A DNA stretch of 32,000 bases from a cyanobacterium endosymbiont of Braarudosphaera bigelowii. Lineage in GTDB: Bacteria; Cyanobacteriota; Cyanobacteriia; Cyanobacteriales; Microcystaceae. The notes beneath the pieces were generated by a model. The model was not told the origin of the DNA. It saw only the letters and a list, made by a program, of their open reading frames with translations, and made no database searches. Numbering within the stretch: position 1 is the first letter of the stretch; every line of letters begins with the position of its first letter. Below are positions 30,451-32,000 of this stretch, piece by piece. The stretch spans positions 720,001-752,000 of the forward strand of contig NZ_AP024987.1 in the NCBI RefSeq assembly GCF_020885515.1, written 5' to 3'. The translations under genes were made by a program, and so were the position numbers.

Positions 30451-31815
30451 TTAACGCATAGTAACAAATTCTTCGGCAGATGTCGGGTGAATCCCAACTG
30501 TAGCATCAAAATTTGATTTTGTAGCACCTGCTTTAATTGCAATGGCTATACCTTGAATGATTTCAGAAGCATAATTACCGACCATATGTGCCCCTATTAC
30601 GCGATCACTATCTCGATGAACAACTAACTTCATCAAAGTTTTTTCTTCCCTTTCTGGTAAAACATAGTACATTGGACGGAATTGACTCTTATAAACTTTT
30701 ATTCCACTTTCTCCATACTGTTCCCTAGCTTCAAGTTCTGTTAAACCAACAGTAGCAGCCTCTGGAGTACTGAAAATTGCAGAGGGAACATTTTCATAGT
30801 TCATGATTCTCGGATTTTGACCAAAATGAGAATCTGCAAATAATCTGCCCTCGTTAATAGCAACAGGAGTTAAGTTAATACGATTAGTGCAATCTCCTAC
30901 TGCATAAATATTTGATTGTTTTGTGCAGCTATATTTATCAACAACTATGGCTCCTTTATTAATTTCAATATCAATATTTTCCAAGCCTAAATTATCCAAA
31001 TTAGGTTTACGCCCAGTTGCTGCTAGTCCGATGGTATCTGCTAAGACTATTTCATTATTCTTGTTACCTTTTGTAGAAATTTTTAAACCTTGAGGTGTTT
31101 TTTCGATACTAGTAACTTCAGAATTTTTAAGAATTTGAATACCATGATTTTCCATAGATTTCTGAATAGTTAATCTAAGATCATCATCAAATCCTCGTAG
31201 TATTTTATCGCGTCTAATAATTTGAATTACTTCTGACCCTAAACCACGCATAATGCAAGCGAACTCTACACCTATATAGCCACCACCCCAAATAACAATA
31301 CGTTTAGGTTGTTCAGGAAGAGTAAATATTTGGTCAGAAGTAATTGTATGTTCAATACCTGGAATATTAGGCTTAACGGGATACCCTCCGACTGCAATTA
31401 AGATCTTCTCTGCAGTAACTTTATTTTCTCCTACTTCTACAGTGTGATTATCAATAAACTTTCCACGACCTTGAAAAATTTTAACTTTTGAAGTATCCAA
31501 CATTTTTTGATAGATACCATTTAACCGTTTTGTCTCTTTCCCAATAGCTGTAGTCATTTTAGACCAATTTAGAACACTTGATACAGTACTCCATCCATAT
31601 CCTTGAGATTCAATAAATAACTCAGGAAAGTGAGAAGTGTAAACCATTAGCTTTTTAGGAATACATCCACGATTTACACATGTTCCACCTAAACGATCAT
31701 ATTCTGCTAAGCCAACCTTGGCCCCATATTCTGCAGCTCGTCTGGCAGTCGCTATACCTCCTGAGCCTGCACCAATAACAAATAAATCAAAGTCATATCC
31801 CATGGTGATATTCAT
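30451..31815 (-). CDS. gor: glutathione-disulfide reductase
   Basis: 454 aa; FVIGAGSGGIATARRAAEYG, redox-active GGTCVNRGCIPKKLM, C-terminal VGIHPTSAEEFVTMR. Confidence 0.92.
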   Translation of the reverse strand: MNITMGYDFDLFVIGAGSGGIATARRAAEYGAKVGLAEYDRLGGTCVNRGCIPKKLMVYTSHFPELFIESQGYGWSTVSSVLNWSKMTTAIGKETKRLNGIYQKMLDTSKVKIFQGRGKFIDNHTVEVGENKVTAEKILIAVGGYPVKPNIPGIEHTITSDQIFTLPEQPKRIVIWGGGYIGVEFACIMRGLGSEVIQIIRRDKILRGFDDDLRLTIQKSMENHGIQILKNSEVTSIEKTPQGLKISTKGNKNNEIVLADTIGLAATGRKPNLDNLGLENIDIEINKGAIVVDKYSCTKQSNIYAVGDCTNRINLTPVAINEGRLFADSHFGQNPRIMNYENVPSAIFSTPEAATVGLTELEAREQYGESGIKVYKSQFRPMYYVLPEREEKTLMKLVVHRDSDRVIGAHMVGNYASEIIQGIAIAIKAGATKSNFDATVGIHPTSAEEFVTMR

Positions 31816-32000
31816 CTCCTAAAACAGTAGGATGTTGGAAATTTTCTAATATTATTTCTTATCTATCTTATCCTTTACAGGGACGATTTTTAACAATTTA
31901 TTGATATATAACTAAGTATTATCAACATTAAGAAAAAATAGAAAACTATCACGCTAAGAATAACGTAGAAATTTAATCAATACTAGGTCATAAAATTTTT

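Noticed and set aside
1-32000. CRISPR arrays, transposases/IS elements, prophage or defence genes
   Set aside because: Looked for regularly spaced repeats and hallmark proteins on both strands; none seen.

Overview
AT-rich (compact-protein, long AT-rich spacers) cyanobacterial chromosomal segment. Cyanobacterial markers include NdhN, CrtR-type beta-carotene hydroxylase, an HLIP/small CAB-like protein missing from the ORF track, Ycf55/DUF3685, DUF3288, DUF3318 and minCDE. Overall character resembles a genome-reduced unicellular cyanobacterium or symbiont (UCYN-A or diatom spheroid-body-like); this is inference from composition and gene content only. About 22 housekeeping or conserved genes, one tRNA-Thr(CGU), and the 3' end of an ABC transporter gene at the left edge. 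I see no CRISPR array, mobile element, phage, toxin-antitoxin, defence island or convincing new multi-gene system. Best second-look items: (1) a perfect 21-bp inverted repeat at the convergent DUF3318/decarboxylase junction, which looks like a plus-strand terminator inside the coding 3' end of the decarboxylase; (2) recR, whose conserved N-terminus continues upstream of the called TTG start with no ATG/GTG; (3) a Ycf55/DUF3685 protein whose receiver-like domain has Glu at the apparent phospho-acceptor position; (4) a lone SagB/ThcOx-type oxidoreductase; (5) several long unexplained AT-rich spacers.
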